In this document: positions 1 through 8,663 of the stretch, in pieces
Layout of the letters: each line of letters starts with the position of its first letter
How positions within the stretch are numbered: the first letter of the stretch is position 1
NCBI RefSeq assembly: GCF_000195755.1
Contig: NC_002937.3
Location: forward strand, 630,001-662,000
Length of the DNA: 32,000 nt
Source: Nitratidesulfovibrio vulgaris str. Hildenborough
GTDB lineage: Bacteria > Desulfobacterota > Desulfovibrionia > Desulfovibrionales > Desulfovibrionaceae
Reading direction: 5' to 3'
The notes under the pieces: generated by a model
Database searches by the model: none
Seen by the model: only the letters and a program-made list of their open reading frames with translations
What the model was told of the DNA's origin: nothing
Position numbers and translations under genes: made by a program

Positions 1-5
1 CAAAA

Positions 6-48
6 TTTCGGCGGCGACATGTCCAACATGCCGCCGCCGATTCTTTTT
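6..48. terminator. Bidirectional rho-independent terminator downstream of gap
   Basis: TCGGCGGCG (8-16) pairs with CGCCGCCGA (32-40), 9 bp, plus inner CATG/CATG pairs. The stem is flanked by AAAATTT on the left and TTCTTTTT on the right, so a U-tract follows it on either strand. Confidence 0.7.
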
Positions 49-86
49 CAGCCAGTGCCTGCTGCTTTAGGCGATGGCCCTGCTTT

Positions 87-1103
87 CTAAAGCCCCTTCT
101 CCTGCATGAGCATGATCAGGTCGGCGAGGCGGCACGAGTAGCCCCATTCGTTGTCGTACCACGCAACGACCTTGGCGAGGCGTCCGTCCTGCACCGTCGT
201 GTATTCGGCTTCGACGATTGACGAGTGCGGGTCGCCCTTGAAGTCCGACGACACGAGTGGCTTCTCGCTGAAGGCGAGAATACCGCTAAGTCTGCCCTGC
301 GCGGCTTCCTTGAGGTCGGCGCGCAGTCCTTCGGTCGTGGCGTCTCTTTCGAGAATGGCTGTGAAGTCCACTACCGAGACTGTGGGGATGGGCACGCGCA
401 GCGAGTAGCCTGTGAACTTGCCCTTGAGTTCAGGGATGACCTTGGCAACGGCCTGTGCTGCGCCCGTCGATGTCGGGATGATGTTCAGTCCTGCCGCGCG
501 TGCGCGTCGCAGGTCCTTGTGGGGAAGGTCGAGGATGCGCTGGTCGTTGGTGTAGGCATGGACAGTGGTCATGGCACCGGTGGCGATGCCGTACTTCTCT
601 TGGATGATGAGGGCCACGGGCGCGAGGCAGTTGGTGGTGCACGAGGCGTTGGACACCACATGGTGCTTCTGCGGGTCATAGGCGTGGTGGTTGACGCCCA
701 TGACGATGGTGATGTCCTCCTCCTTGGCGGGGGCGGAGATGATGACCTTCTTCGCCCCGTTCTCGATATGGACATGCGCCTGTTTCGCCGACCGGAAGAT
801 GCCCGTCGATTCGATGACCACGTCAACGCCGACATCACCCCAAATCAACTGCGCCGGGTCTCGCTGTGCGAAGCAGGTGACCTGCCAGTCGCCCACGCGC
901 GCCATATTGCCGTCCACCTCCGGGGTGAAGGGGGCGCGTCCGTAGTTGGTGTCGTACTCAAGCAGGTGGAAGTTCGTGGCGGCGTCGAACAGGTCGTTGA
1001 TGGCCACCACCTCGGCCTTGTCGCCATAGCGTTCGTGAATGGCGCGAAAGACCTGACGGCCTATGCGTCCGAAACCGTTGATGCCAATTCGTGTCTTGCG
1101 CAT
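87..1103 (-). CDS. gap: Glyceraldehyde-3-phosphate dehydrogenase, type I
   Basis: 338 aa. N-terminal NAD motif INGFGRIGR and catalytic [12 protein letters not shown] motif; C-terminal [19 protein letters not shown] upstream of the ATG at 1103. Confidence 0.97.
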   Translation of the reverse strand: MRKTRIGINGFGRIGRQVFRAIHERYGDKAEVVAINDLFDAATNFHLLEYDTNYGRAPFTPEVDGNMARVGDWQVTCFAQRDPAQLIWGDVGVDVVIESTGIFRSAKQAHVHIENGAKKVIISAPAKEEDITIVMGVNHHAYDPQKHHVVSNASCTTNCLAPVALIIQEKYGIATGAMTTVHAYTNDQRILDLPHKDLRRARAAGLNIIPTSTGAAQAVAKVIPELKGKFTGYSLRVPIPTVSVVDFTAILERDATTEGLRADLKEAAQGRLSGILAFSEKPLVSSDFKGDPHSSIVEAEYTTVQDGRLAKVVAWYDNEWGYSCRLADLIMLMQEKGL

Positions 1104-1122
1104 GGTGCTCCTCCGCCGGGCA

Positions 1123-1680
1123 TCATTCTTCGAAGATGCGGACGTTGTACTTGCTGACGATTTCGTAGTCGGCGCGCAGCGCCTCGTGCAGCCGGGCGTT
1201 CTCGATGGCGATGGCCGAAATGCTTGCCACGGCCTTCATGAAGTCTTCTTCCTCATTGGTGAAATCGCGCTCGGTGGCGGAGTAGACGCGGAGGATGCCG
1301 ATGGCCTTGCCCCCCACGATGAGCGGTGTGGAAAGCACAGAGGTCAGCCCTTCGGACTTGGCCGCCGAGGGGTACTGGAACCTGCCGTCGCTGCATGCAT
1401 CGCGCAGGTGTATGGTCTTGCCTGCCAGCACTTCACCGTCCATGCCGCTTTTGGCGACCTCGACGGGGCCCTTGCGCATGTACCCGTCGGAAAGACCGTA
1501 GGCTGCGCTTGCCAGCAGCACCTTGCGTGTACGGTCGAGAAGCCGGATGGTGCTCGCCTTGCAGTTCAGTGCCGTTGCCGTCTGTTCCGTGATCTTGTCG
1601 AGAACGGTTCCGGTGTCGAGGCTTGAGTTGATAACCGTAGCCACACCCCAAAGGGCGCGGAAGAAATCCTGCGATGCCAT
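1123..1680 (-). CDS. Stand-alone GAF domain protein
   Basis: 185 aa, generic regulatory GAF pattern ([23 protein letters not shown] ... DACSDGRF ... [18 protein letters not shown] ... [25 protein letters not shown]). GGAGGTG RBS. Ends only 19 nt upstream of gap, so probably co-transcribed with it. Confidence 0.85.
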   Translation of the reverse strand: MASQDFFRALWGVATVINSSLDTGTVLDKITEQTATALNCKASTIRLLDRTRKVLLASAAYGLSDGYMRKGPVEVAKSGMDGEVLAGKTIHLRDACSDGRFQYPSAAKSEGLTSVLSTPLIVGGKAIGILRVYSATERDFTNEEEDFMKAVASISAIAIENARLHEALRADYEIVSKYNVRIFEE

Positions 1681-1803
1681 GCTTCACCTCCATTGGTGCT
1701 ATGCGACTCGATACATAACCACACATTTCGGCAACAGGGTCAAGTGTACGCTTCGGGGCGGAATGGTGACGACGCGCCTCGTCTGTGGTCTGACGCCGTA
1801 TGG

Positions 1804-1837
1804 CAAAAGGGCCGGACATCACGGGGATGTCCGGCCC
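1804..1837 (-). terminator. Rho-independent terminator of the TerC-family gene
   Basis: 12-bp perfect stem, GGGCCGGACATC (1809-1820) with GATGTCCGGCCC (1826-1837), and a 5-nt loop. On the minus strand the stem is followed by TTTTG (plus-strand CAAAA 1804-1808). Confidence 0.8.
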
Positions 1838-1894
1838 TTCGTGTAAGGCAGGGCTGATGATGGCGGTCTGGCGCGCTAGCGTGCGCTGCCGTCC

Positions 1895-2974
1895 CTAGCG
1901 AGCGTTGTCGTCGGTGGAGGACGTGCCCGTGTTCTTGGTGGAAGCGCCTGATGCGCTGCCTCCCGATGCGCTGCCTCCTGCAGCGTCATCACTGTCGCGG
2001 GCAGGGGTGCCCGGAATCCATCCGGTGGGGATGTGGGTCGCCCCTTCATCCCCCCCTTCACTGCGGGTCTTGATGACCGACACGACCATCGAACCGCCTA
2101 TGATGAGCGCCGTCACAAGAAGCGCCACATCGGTGGGGATGATCTTGGCGGCGAACCATGCGTTGATGATCATCTTGGCACCGATGAACACCAGCACCAG
2201 CGAGAGACCGTACTTGAGGTAGCGGAAGCGATGGATGATGCCCGCCAGCGCGAAGTACAGGGCTCGCAGCCCCAGAATGGCGAAGACGTTGGAGGTGTAC
2301 ACGATGAACGGGTCGCGCGAGACCGCGAAGATGGCGGGGATGGAGTCGAGCGCGAACACGAGGTCGGTGAACTCGATGATGGTGAGCACCATGAGCAGGG
2401 GGGTGGCGTAGAGTTTGCCCGCACGCCTGACCATGAAGTGGTTGCCGTCATAGCCCTCGGTCATGGGGAACAGGCGGCGGAAGGTGCGGGTGACCACGTT
2501 GCCTGCCATGTCCGGTTCGCTGTCGGCAGCGAGCAGCATCTTGACGCCCGTGACGGCAAGGAAGGCGCCAAAGACGTAGATGACCCAGTGGAAGGCTTCC
2601 AGTATGGCGGCGCCAGCCACGATGAGTCCGGCACGCATGACCAGCGCGCCGAGAATGCCCCAGAACAGCACCCGGTATTGCAGGTGGCGTGGTACCGAGA
2701 AGTGCGTGAACACCAGCACGAACACGAAGATGTTGTCGACGCTGAGGCTCTTTTCGATGAGATAGCCAGTGAGGAACTCAAGCCCCTTCTGCTCTCCCAT
2801 GAACATGAAGATGCCGCCGCCGAAGAGCATGGCGAGCACGAAATAGGCAAGACTCATCCACAGGGCTTCCGCGACGGACATGTCGCGGTCCTTGCGGTGC
2901 AGGACGCCGAGGTCGAACGCGAGGAGCAGCAGGACAAACAGGTTGAACCCGCCCCACATGACGAAGTCGGACAT
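1895..2974 (-). CDS. TerC/Alx-family integral membrane protein
   Basis: 359 aa, multi-pass hydrophobic protein with TerC-like segments (EKSLSVDNIFVF, DLVFALDSIPAIFAVSRDPFIVYTSNVFAILGLRALYF). Low-complexity Gly/Ser/Ala C-terminal tail. Confidence 0.9.
   Translation of the reverse strand: MSDFVMWGGFNLFVLLLLAFDLGVLHRKDRDMSVAEALWMSLAYFVLAMLFGGGIFMFMGEQKGLEFLTGYLIEKSLSVDNIFVFVLVFTHFSVPRHLQYRVLFWGILGALVMRAGLIVAGAAILEAFHWVIYVFGAFLAVTGVKMLLAADSEPDMAGNVVTRTFRRLFPMTEGYDGNHFMVRRAGKLYATPLLMVLTIIEFTDLVFALDSIPAIFAVSRDPFIVYTSNVFAILGLRALYFALAGIIHRFRYLKYGLSLVLVFIGAKMIINAWFAAKIIPTDVALLVTALIIGGSMVVSVIKTRSEGGDEGATHIPTGWIPGTPARDSDDAAGGSASGGSASGASTKNTGTSSTDDNAR
1950..1979 (-). repeat. In-frame 15-nt tandem duplication in the TerC-family C-terminal tail
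   Basis: GATGCGCTGCCTCCC (1950-1964) followed by GATGCGCTGCCTCCT (1965-1979). It encodes the repeated GGSAS-GGSAS of the tail. Confidence 0.7.
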
Positions 2975-3095
2975 GAAATCTCCACAGGAAGTGTTTGGGG
3001 TGTCGTACGGGGAACCCGCACGGCGGACATCCCGGTCGGGACGCCATTACGGGAATCTAATCCTCTCGCCGCCGGGATGCAAGGGGACAGGCGTG

Positions 3096-4136
3096 TCAGC
3101 CTGCGAGAGAGTCTTCATCGGCGGCGAGGCGTCTCGCCACGGTGGCGGGGTCGTCCCGTTCGAGGACGATGTGGCGGACGGCTTCGCGGGGTTGTTGCGC
3201 CTGATGATGGGCATACGCCTTGTCATAGTATCGCAACAGGATGCGCACGGCAGTGGTATGGTCGCCGGCACGCAGGGCGTCGGCGCATCGCCGCCATGCA
3301 TCGTCGCCAAGGCGCTTGCGGATGCGCTCAAGCCCGTGAAGCATGGCCTCGGTTTCGCCCGTGGCTGCGTATTCGGCCACGAGGCGGGCGACGCGGGCTT
3401 CCAGCGGCAACTCGACAGTGACAAGCCTGCCATGTTCGATGTGGGTGAAGAAGGCGTCGCACATGGCTACGGTGCCGATGCGGCTGCTTTCGTCCTCCAT
3501 CCATATGGGGCGACCATGGTCGAGGCGCGACCATACTTCGTACAGGGCCGCTTCGAATTGTTCGTTGGTGGGTTGCTTGCCAAGGCCGATGCTGCCGAAG
3601 GCAGACCCGCGATGGTTCGCAAGCCCTTCGAGGTCGACGACCTGACAGCCGAGGTCGGCCATGGCATGCAGGATGTCGGTCTTGCCCGTGCCGGTCATGC
3701 CGCCCAGCACGATGACCCGCGCAGGGCGCGCCAGCTGGGCGCGTACGTGGGCGCGGTAGGCCTTGTAGCCACCTTCGAGCAGGTGCACGGTGTAGCCCGC
3801 GCTTTCAAGAAGCCATGCGAGGCTGCCGCTACGCATCCCGCCGCGCCAGCAGTGGACCAGTACCTCGTGGCGGTTCTCGCACAGGTGTTGCGCCCGTGCC
3901 AGCATGGCGGAAAGGTGCGGCCCCACCAGTTGCAGGGCGAGATGCACTGCAGCCTCGCGCCCGCTGCGCGCGTAGAGCGTGCCCACGGCCTCGCGCTGCG
4001 CGTCATCGAGGACGGGCAGGTTGAGTGCGCCGGGTATGGCGCCCCGCGCGTGTTCAGAGGGGGAGCGGGCATCAAGCACGGGTAGACCCGTGTCGCGCAG
4101 GGCAAGGAAGGTGGAGGCGTCTATGATATGCGGCAT
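3096..4136 (-). CDS. selU: tRNA 2-selenouridine synthase (rhodanese plus P-loop)
   Basis: By eye it aligns with E. coli YbbB/MnmH. Rhodanese active-site loop HCWRGGMRS and Walker A GGMTGTGKT. I take the start at the ATG at 4136 (MPHIIDAS...), which matches the family N-terminus; the track ORF extends to 4235. Confidence 0.9.
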   Translation of the reverse strand: MPHIIDASTFLALRDTGLPVLDARSPSEHARGAIPGALNLPVLDDAQREAVGTLYARSGREAAVHLALQLVGPHLSAMLARAQHLCENRHEVLVHCWRGGMRSGSLAWLLESAGYTVHLLEGGYKAYRAHVRAQLARPARVIVLGGMTGTGKTDILHAMADLGCQVVDLEGLANHRGSAFGSIGLGKQPTNEQFEAALYEVWSRLDHGRPIWMEDESSRIGTVAMCDAFFTHIEHGRLVTVELPLEARVARLVAEYAATGETEAMLHGLERIRKRLGDDAWRRCADALRAGDHTTAVRILLRYYDKAYAHHQAQQPREAVRHIVLERDDPATVARRLAADEDSLAG

Positions 4137-4414
4137 GTGGTTTCCGGTGGTTGGCGTCGCGCGTGTTGTGCGATGGAATGTGAGGTTTGTCCAGCGTGCG
4201 GACGTGTGGGCAGTAGGCAAGGCGCAGGGTGACATGCTACTCGCCTCGACGTGGGCATGTCATGGCGTTCACTGCCGGTGCGTCCGGAAAACGTGACATG
4301 TGAACGATGGCAGCGGCTTCGGGGATACGACCAGCGCGGTGCGACCTTGGGATGGGTGCCCGGGGCTGATGTCGCATGGCACGTGTGCCAGTTTGCGGGA
4401 ATCCGGAGGAATGG

Positions 4415-5995
4415 ATGAAGCTCAAGCTCGAACTGGTGTTCAAGGACAGGGTTGGCATCGTCTCGGATGTCTCGTCACTGCTGGCCGGAGAAGGGTATTC
4501 CATCGTCTGCATGGAGGTCGAACGTCGGCATGACCGGTCGCACGTCCATATCGAGGCCGATGGTGCGGGAGAGGGGGCCTTCGCCGCACTGCGGCAGCGG
4601 TTCGAGTCCATGCGGGGGCTGCTCGAATGCCGCGAGGTACAGACCTTGCCTGCAGAAGAGCGCGAGAACCGCATCAAGGTGGTGCTGGACACCATCGGGG
4701 ATGGCGTCATGTCCATCGACGGTGGCGGGCGCATCACCTCCATCAACAAAGTCGCCCGCGAGGCCTACGGTTGCGCCGGAGAGGACGTGACGGAGCGCAG
4801 TCTCACCTCGCTGCGCCTGCCCGACCACGGGCTTCTCGACTGCCTGCACGGGCGGGAATTGCACGATGCCCGGCGTGAACTCGCAACCCCGCTCGGAAGG
4901 TTGCAGTTCTTCGTCACGCGAACCCCCATACGCGATGGTGTGGGGCGCATCATCGGCGCGGTGGAGATTGCCCGCGACATGCGCGAGATACGTAAACTCG
5001 CCCGTACCCTCGTCGATGCCGACCATGTGGGTTTCGACGACATCGTGGGCCACCACCCGGCCATCGAAGCCGCCATCGCCTTCGCACGCCGGGTCGCAGC
5101 CACGGATGCCGTCATCGCCATCAGGGGCGAGTCGGGAACCGGCAAGGAGCTTTTCGCCCGTGCCATGCACGCCGAAAGCGGACGCAAGGGACCCTTCGTG
5201 CCCATCAACTGCGCGGCACTGCCTGAACAGCTTCTGGAGAGCGAGTTGTTCGGGTACGAGCGCGGGGCCTTCACGGGCGGCAGGCGTGAGGGCAAGCCGG
5301 GGCTTTTCGAATCGGCGCGTGGCGGCACTGTCTTCCTCGACGAAATCGGCGACATGCCCCTTGCCTCGCAAGCCAAGATTCTGCGCGTGATGCAGGAACA
5401 GAGGGTGCGCCGCATCGGCGGAGAGGCCGAAGTGCCTGTGGATGCGCGCATCATCACGGCGACGAACAGACCCCTTGAGCGCATGGTCGAGGATGGACGT
5501 TTCCGGCAAGACCTCTACTATCGCATCAACGTACTGCCCATGCACATACCGCCCCTGCGCGAACGACGCGGGGATATCCCGTTGCTGGCGAATCACTTCC
5601 TGCAGCAACTCGCGTCGCGCATCGGCGGGGCTGCCCCGGCGTTCACCGACGGGGCGCTGGCCCGGTTGCGGTCGCATGAATGGCCGGGAAACGTGCGCGA
5701 ACTCAAGAACGTGGTGGAACGTGCCGCTATCCTTGCCGGTGGTGCCGTGGTGGACGACCAGTTCATCCTGTTCAGTCATGAGTTGGGCAAGGGCGTGTTC
5801 AACGCGGCGCGCACAGCCTCTGCTGCGGGGCAGGGCGATACTCTGAAGGAGCAGGTTGCCAATTTTGAAAAGAAAATCGTCGAAGATGTGGTCCGCCGCG
5901 CACCTTCCATTCGAAAGGCAGCGAAAATACTAGGAATATCGCACACGGCGCTTCTCGATAAGATGCGGCGTCACGGCGTCATTCTGGAAGAATGA
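4415..5995 (+). CDS. Sigma-54-dependent transcriptional activator, ACT-PAS-AAA+-HTH (TyrR-like architecture)
   Basis: N-terminal ACT-like MKLKLELVFKDRVGIVSDVSSLL, then a PAS region. AAA+ core with GESGTGKE Walker A, the GAFTGG sigma-54 contact loop and ELFGYERGAFTGG. C-terminal Fis-type HTH (SIRKAAKILGISHTALLDKMRRHG). GGAGGA RBS 4 nt before the ATG at 4415; the track ORF begins at 4376. Confidence 0.93.
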   Translation: MKLKLELVFKDRVGIVSDVSSLLAGEGYSIVCMEVERRHDRSHVHIEADGAGEGAFAALRQRFESMRGLLECREVQTLPAEERENRIKVVLDTIGDGVMSIDGGGRITSINKVAREAYGCAGEDVTERSLTSLRLPDHGLLDCLHGRELHDARRELATPLGRLQFFVTRTPIRDGVGRIIGAVEIARDMREIRKLARTLVDADHVGFDDIVGHHPAIEAAIAFARRVAATDAVIAIRGESGTGKELFARAMHAESGRKGPFVPINCAALPEQLLESELFGYERGAFTGGRREGKPGLFESARGGTVFLDEIGDMPLASQAKILRVMQEQRVRRIGGEAEVPVDARIITATNRPLERMVEDGRFRQDLYYRINVLPMHIPPLRERRGDIPLLANHFLQQLASRIGGAAPAFTDGALARLRSHEWPGNVRELKNVVERAAILAGGAVVDDQFILFSHELGKGVFNAARTASAAGQGDTLKEQVANFEKKIVEDVVRRAPSIRKAAKILGISHTALLDKMRRHGVILEE

Positions 5996-6251
5996 CAGAC
6001 CGCGTGGTTGGTTTACATTCCAATAATAGTATAAATGATTTCATGTTGTTCTTATTGTATCGTCTCGGGTTGGCATGTTTTAGGACCACGGTGTCGTCTT
6101 TCTTGATGCACGCGGCGGCAGAGTGCCTTTTGTCGCCGCAACTCTTTGTTTTACCAAACAATCGCTAACATCCTGTTCTGTGTTGCACTTTTTGTAAAAT
6201 TCAGGCCTCCGTCCCGCGCCGGTCGGCTGGCGGGCATCACGTGCGTAGCGT

Positions 6252-6267
6252 TGGCAAGGCCTTTGCT
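6252..6267 (+). promoter_or_regulatory. Sigma-54 (-24/-12) promoter of ald
   Basis: TGGCAAGGCCTTTGCT has GG and GC at the exact consensus spacing of TGGCAC-N5-TTGCW. It lies 107 nt upstream of the ald ATG and 257 nt downstream of the adjacent sigma-54 activator gene. Confidence 0.85.
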
Positions 6268-6373
6268 ATCGTGGTGATGATGGCAGATGGTCTGTCATGG
6301 GCAACACTACGAGGCAGGGCACCCGTTCCGCGCAACGGGGCGCCGCAATCGGTCAATGTCACGGAGGCACAGC

Positions 6374-7486
6374 ATGGTCGTCGGTATCCTCAAGGAAATC
6401 AAAGCGGAAGAGAATCGTGTCGCCATGACCCCGGCCGGGGTTGAGGTGCTTTGCCACCACGGGCACACCGTACTGGTCGAGGCCGGTGCGGGGGCAGGCA
6501 GCGGCTTCATGGACGAGGCCTATGTGGCTGCGGGGGCGACCCTGATTGCCACCCCGGCAGAGATTTATGGGCGTGCCGACATGGTGATGCACGTCAAGGA
6601 ACCGCAGCCGTCGGAGTATCCGCTCATCCGCAAGGGGCAGGTGGTCTTCACCTACCTGCATCTTGCGGCCGACGAGGAACTCACCCGGGCACTCATGGAC
6701 ACCGGCGCCGTGTGCATCGCGTACGAGACCATCCAGAAGGCCGACGGCACCCTGCCGTTGCTGACTCCCATGAGCGAGGTCGCCGGGCGCATGGCCATCC
6801 AGCAGGGGGCCAAGTACCTTGAGATGGCACAAGGCGGGCACGGCGTGCTGTTGGGCGGCGTGCCCGGTGTCGACCCCGGCACGGTGGTCGTCATCGGCGG
6901 CGGCGTGGTCGGCACCAATGCCGCCAAGATGGCCTGCGGTCTCGGGGCCAAGGTCTACATTCTCGACATGAATCTCGACAGGTTGCGCTATCTGAGTGAC
7001 ATCATGCCCGCCAACTGCTTCCCGCTCATGTCGTCCCCTTCGTTGTTGCGGAAACTCGTCCGTGAGGCGGATGTGGTGGTGGGTGCCGTGCTCATCACCG
7101 GGGCGAAGGCCCCGCGCCTCGTCACCCGCGACATGCTCAAGACCATGAAGCGCGGTGCCGTACTCGTGGACGTGGCCATCGACCAGGGCGGCTGCTTCGA
7201 GACGTCGCACCCCACGACGCACGGTTCGCCCATATTCGTCGTGGACGGCGTCGTGCACTACTGCGTGGCGAACATGCCGGGGGCCGTGGCCAAGACCTCC
7301 ACCCTTGCGCTGACCAACGCCACGCTGCCGTATGCCGTGGCCCTCGCCGACAAGGGGTGGCGGCGCGCCATGTCCGAAAGTCACGAGATGGCACTGGGAG
7401 CCAACGTCGTCGACGGCAAGATTACCTACGCGGGCGTGGCCGAAGCGTTCGGGCTGCCTCTCGTGTCTGTGGAGTCGCTGTTCTAG
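6374..7486 (+). CDS. ald: Alanine dehydrogenase
   Basis: 370 aa from MVVGILKEIKAEENRVAMTPAGV, the family N-terminus. NAD fold VVVIGGGVVGTNAAKMA. GGAGG RBS 6 nt before the ATG at 6374; the track ORF starts at 6287. Confidence 0.95.
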   Translation: MVVGILKEIKAEENRVAMTPAGVEVLCHHGHTVLVEAGAGAGSGFMDEAYVAAGATLIATPAEIYGRADMVMHVKEPQPSEYPLIRKGQVVFTYLHLAADEELTRALMDTGAVCIAYETIQKADGTLPLLTPMSEVAGRMAIQQGAKYLEMAQGGHGVLLGGVPGVDPGTVVVIGGGVVGTNAAKMACGLGAKVYILDMNLDRLRYLSDIMPANCFPLMSSPSLLRKLVREADVVVGAVLITGAKAPRLVTRDMLKTMKRGAVLVDVAIDQGGCFETSHPTTHGSPIFVVDGVVHYCVANMPGAVAKTSTLALTNATLPYAVALADKGWRRAMSESHEMALGANVVDGKITYAGVAEAFGLPLVSVESLF

Positions 7487-7725
7487 TCTCCATCCACTCT
7501 GGGGTGAGGGGGGCGAGGGCCGTGCATGTTGCCGGCTGTGTGCAGGAGGCGCACCGGGGTGATGCCCCTGCGCGCCGAAGGTGACGTCGTTGCGAGGACA
7601 GCAGGCACGTGCGGGCGGGGTGTCTGCGGGCTACGGTGTGTCGTGCCGTCCTCATCCCATGATGCCGACGGGGTCGACCGGGCTGCCTTGCCTGTATGAT
7701 GTCTTTGCCCCGTAGCGATATGTCG

Positions 7726-7765
7726 CACCCCGTCCCGTCTTTGGCGGGGCGGGGTGTTCCTTGTG
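7726..7765 (+). terminator. Rho-independent terminator, 240 nt downstream of ald
   Basis: 12-bp stem, CACCCCGTCCCG (7726-7737) with CGGGGCGGGGTG (7745-7756), including one G-U pair. 7-nt loop, followed by TTCCTTGTG. Confidence 0.6.
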
Positions 7766-7892
7766 CGGGGGCGAACTCTAACGGGCGCTACGTTGTCATT
7801 CCGCAGATGAGAGCTTATTCTCTTCAGGAAAAAGCAGCTGAAGAACACGGGCGGTAGCCGTCGCGCAGTGCGCGTCGCAGACGGAGGCGGTC

Positions 7893-8231
7893 ATGGAAGA
7901 ACGGCGTGAGCATCAGCGTCTGTACCTCAGGCATTACGGTACGGACTACAGCTATCAGGTCATGGTGGGGGGCAGGGAGACGGCCGCCCGCCTGCTGGAC
8001 ATCAGCCTCGGCGGGGCACGCTTCTCCATGAGGGAGCCGTTGCAGTACGCGGAACCGGGAGATGCGGGCAGCGTGGTAGGGCCTTCCCGTGCGCCGGAGT
8101 ATGCCGGGTACTTCCGTGAGGTGGGCTATACCGTCGCATGGTGTGAGGGCGAACAGTTCGGGGTCGTGTTCGACACCCCTCTGCAGCGTGACTACACCGA
8201 CCTCTGCTTCGACTTCGCTCCGCGTCTCTGA
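7893..8231 (+). CDS. Single-domain PilZ protein (putative c-di-GMP receptor)
   Basis: 112 aa. RRxxxR motif (RREHQR) near the N-terminus and DxSxxG motif (DISLGGA) about 30 aa later. GGAGG RBS. Confidence 0.75.
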   Translation: MEERREHQRLYLRHYGTDYSYQVMVGGRETAARLLDISLGGARFSMREPLQYAEPGDAGSVVGPSRAPEYAGYFREVGYTVAWCEGEQFGVVFDTPLQRDYTDLCFDFAPRL

Positions 8232-8663
8232 GTGCTTCCTGCCTCGCTCCTGTTCCGCCTCCAGACCTTCTCTCCTCTCGTGTTCGCCCTGATGGTTCGA
8301 ATGCGCCCGTGTGCACCCGTGTCATGACGGGGCTGTCTGCGTGGTATCCGTGTCCTGAACGATCGAGGGCCCGTCCCTTCCGCATGGCACCCATGCAAGA
8401 TGGCGGACTGTTTACGCGTCTTGCGCGCTAACTGCTTGTCCTCACCGGGCCTGACAGGCTATGTGTGGATGTAGAAAGCCTGTCTTGCGTCGTCGCCGGG
8501 TGTACGGTGCGCCAACGGGGCGGTCGAAGTCGGGTCCGGATATGTCCGGGGCCGTCTTCGAGACGACCCGACCTTGCCCGGCATGGCCCCGCATACGGGT
8601 ATGGACCGAGTCTTCCCGGAATGTTGCAGGCCTATGCTGGCAGGCATGACCCAAGGAGCCCTC

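Noticed and set aside
1123-1680. The GAF protein considered as a free methionine-(R)-sulfoxide reductase (fRMsr/MsrC), given msrB in the window.
   Set aside because: By eye it lacks the conserved Cys-containing motifs of fRMsr that I recall (for example HIACD). It looks like a generic regulatory GAF domain, and it is 9 kb away from msrB on an unrelated transcription unit.
2975-3095. Possible yybP-ykoY (Mn2+/Alx-type) riboswitch in the 121-nt leader of the TerC-family gene.
   Set aside because: I read the minus-strand leader. It has a stem, ATCCCGG...CCGGGAT. It lacks the conserved GGGGAGUAG and UUGACAUA/AGACC blocks that I remember for this riboswitch class. A cmsearch with RF00080 would settle it.
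2033-3421. 462-aa plus-strand ORF. Similar long antisense ORFs occur at 225..1157, 4475..5779, 6359..7384, 9097..10257, 12557..13795, 13879..14592, 21312..22877, 27169..28398, 27377..28414, 29324..30754 and 31049..31996.
   Set aside because: Each overlaps a well-supported gene on the other strand or in another frame. All have Arg/Gly/Pro/Ala/His-biased low-complexity translations and lack RBSs and family motifs.
6012-6198. TyrR-box-like half-sites TTTACA (6012-6017) and TGTAAA (6193-6198) near the TyrR-like activator gene.
   Set aside because: Neither half-site has the partner half at N6 spacing, and the two are about 180 nt apart. They could simply reflect the AT-rich composition.
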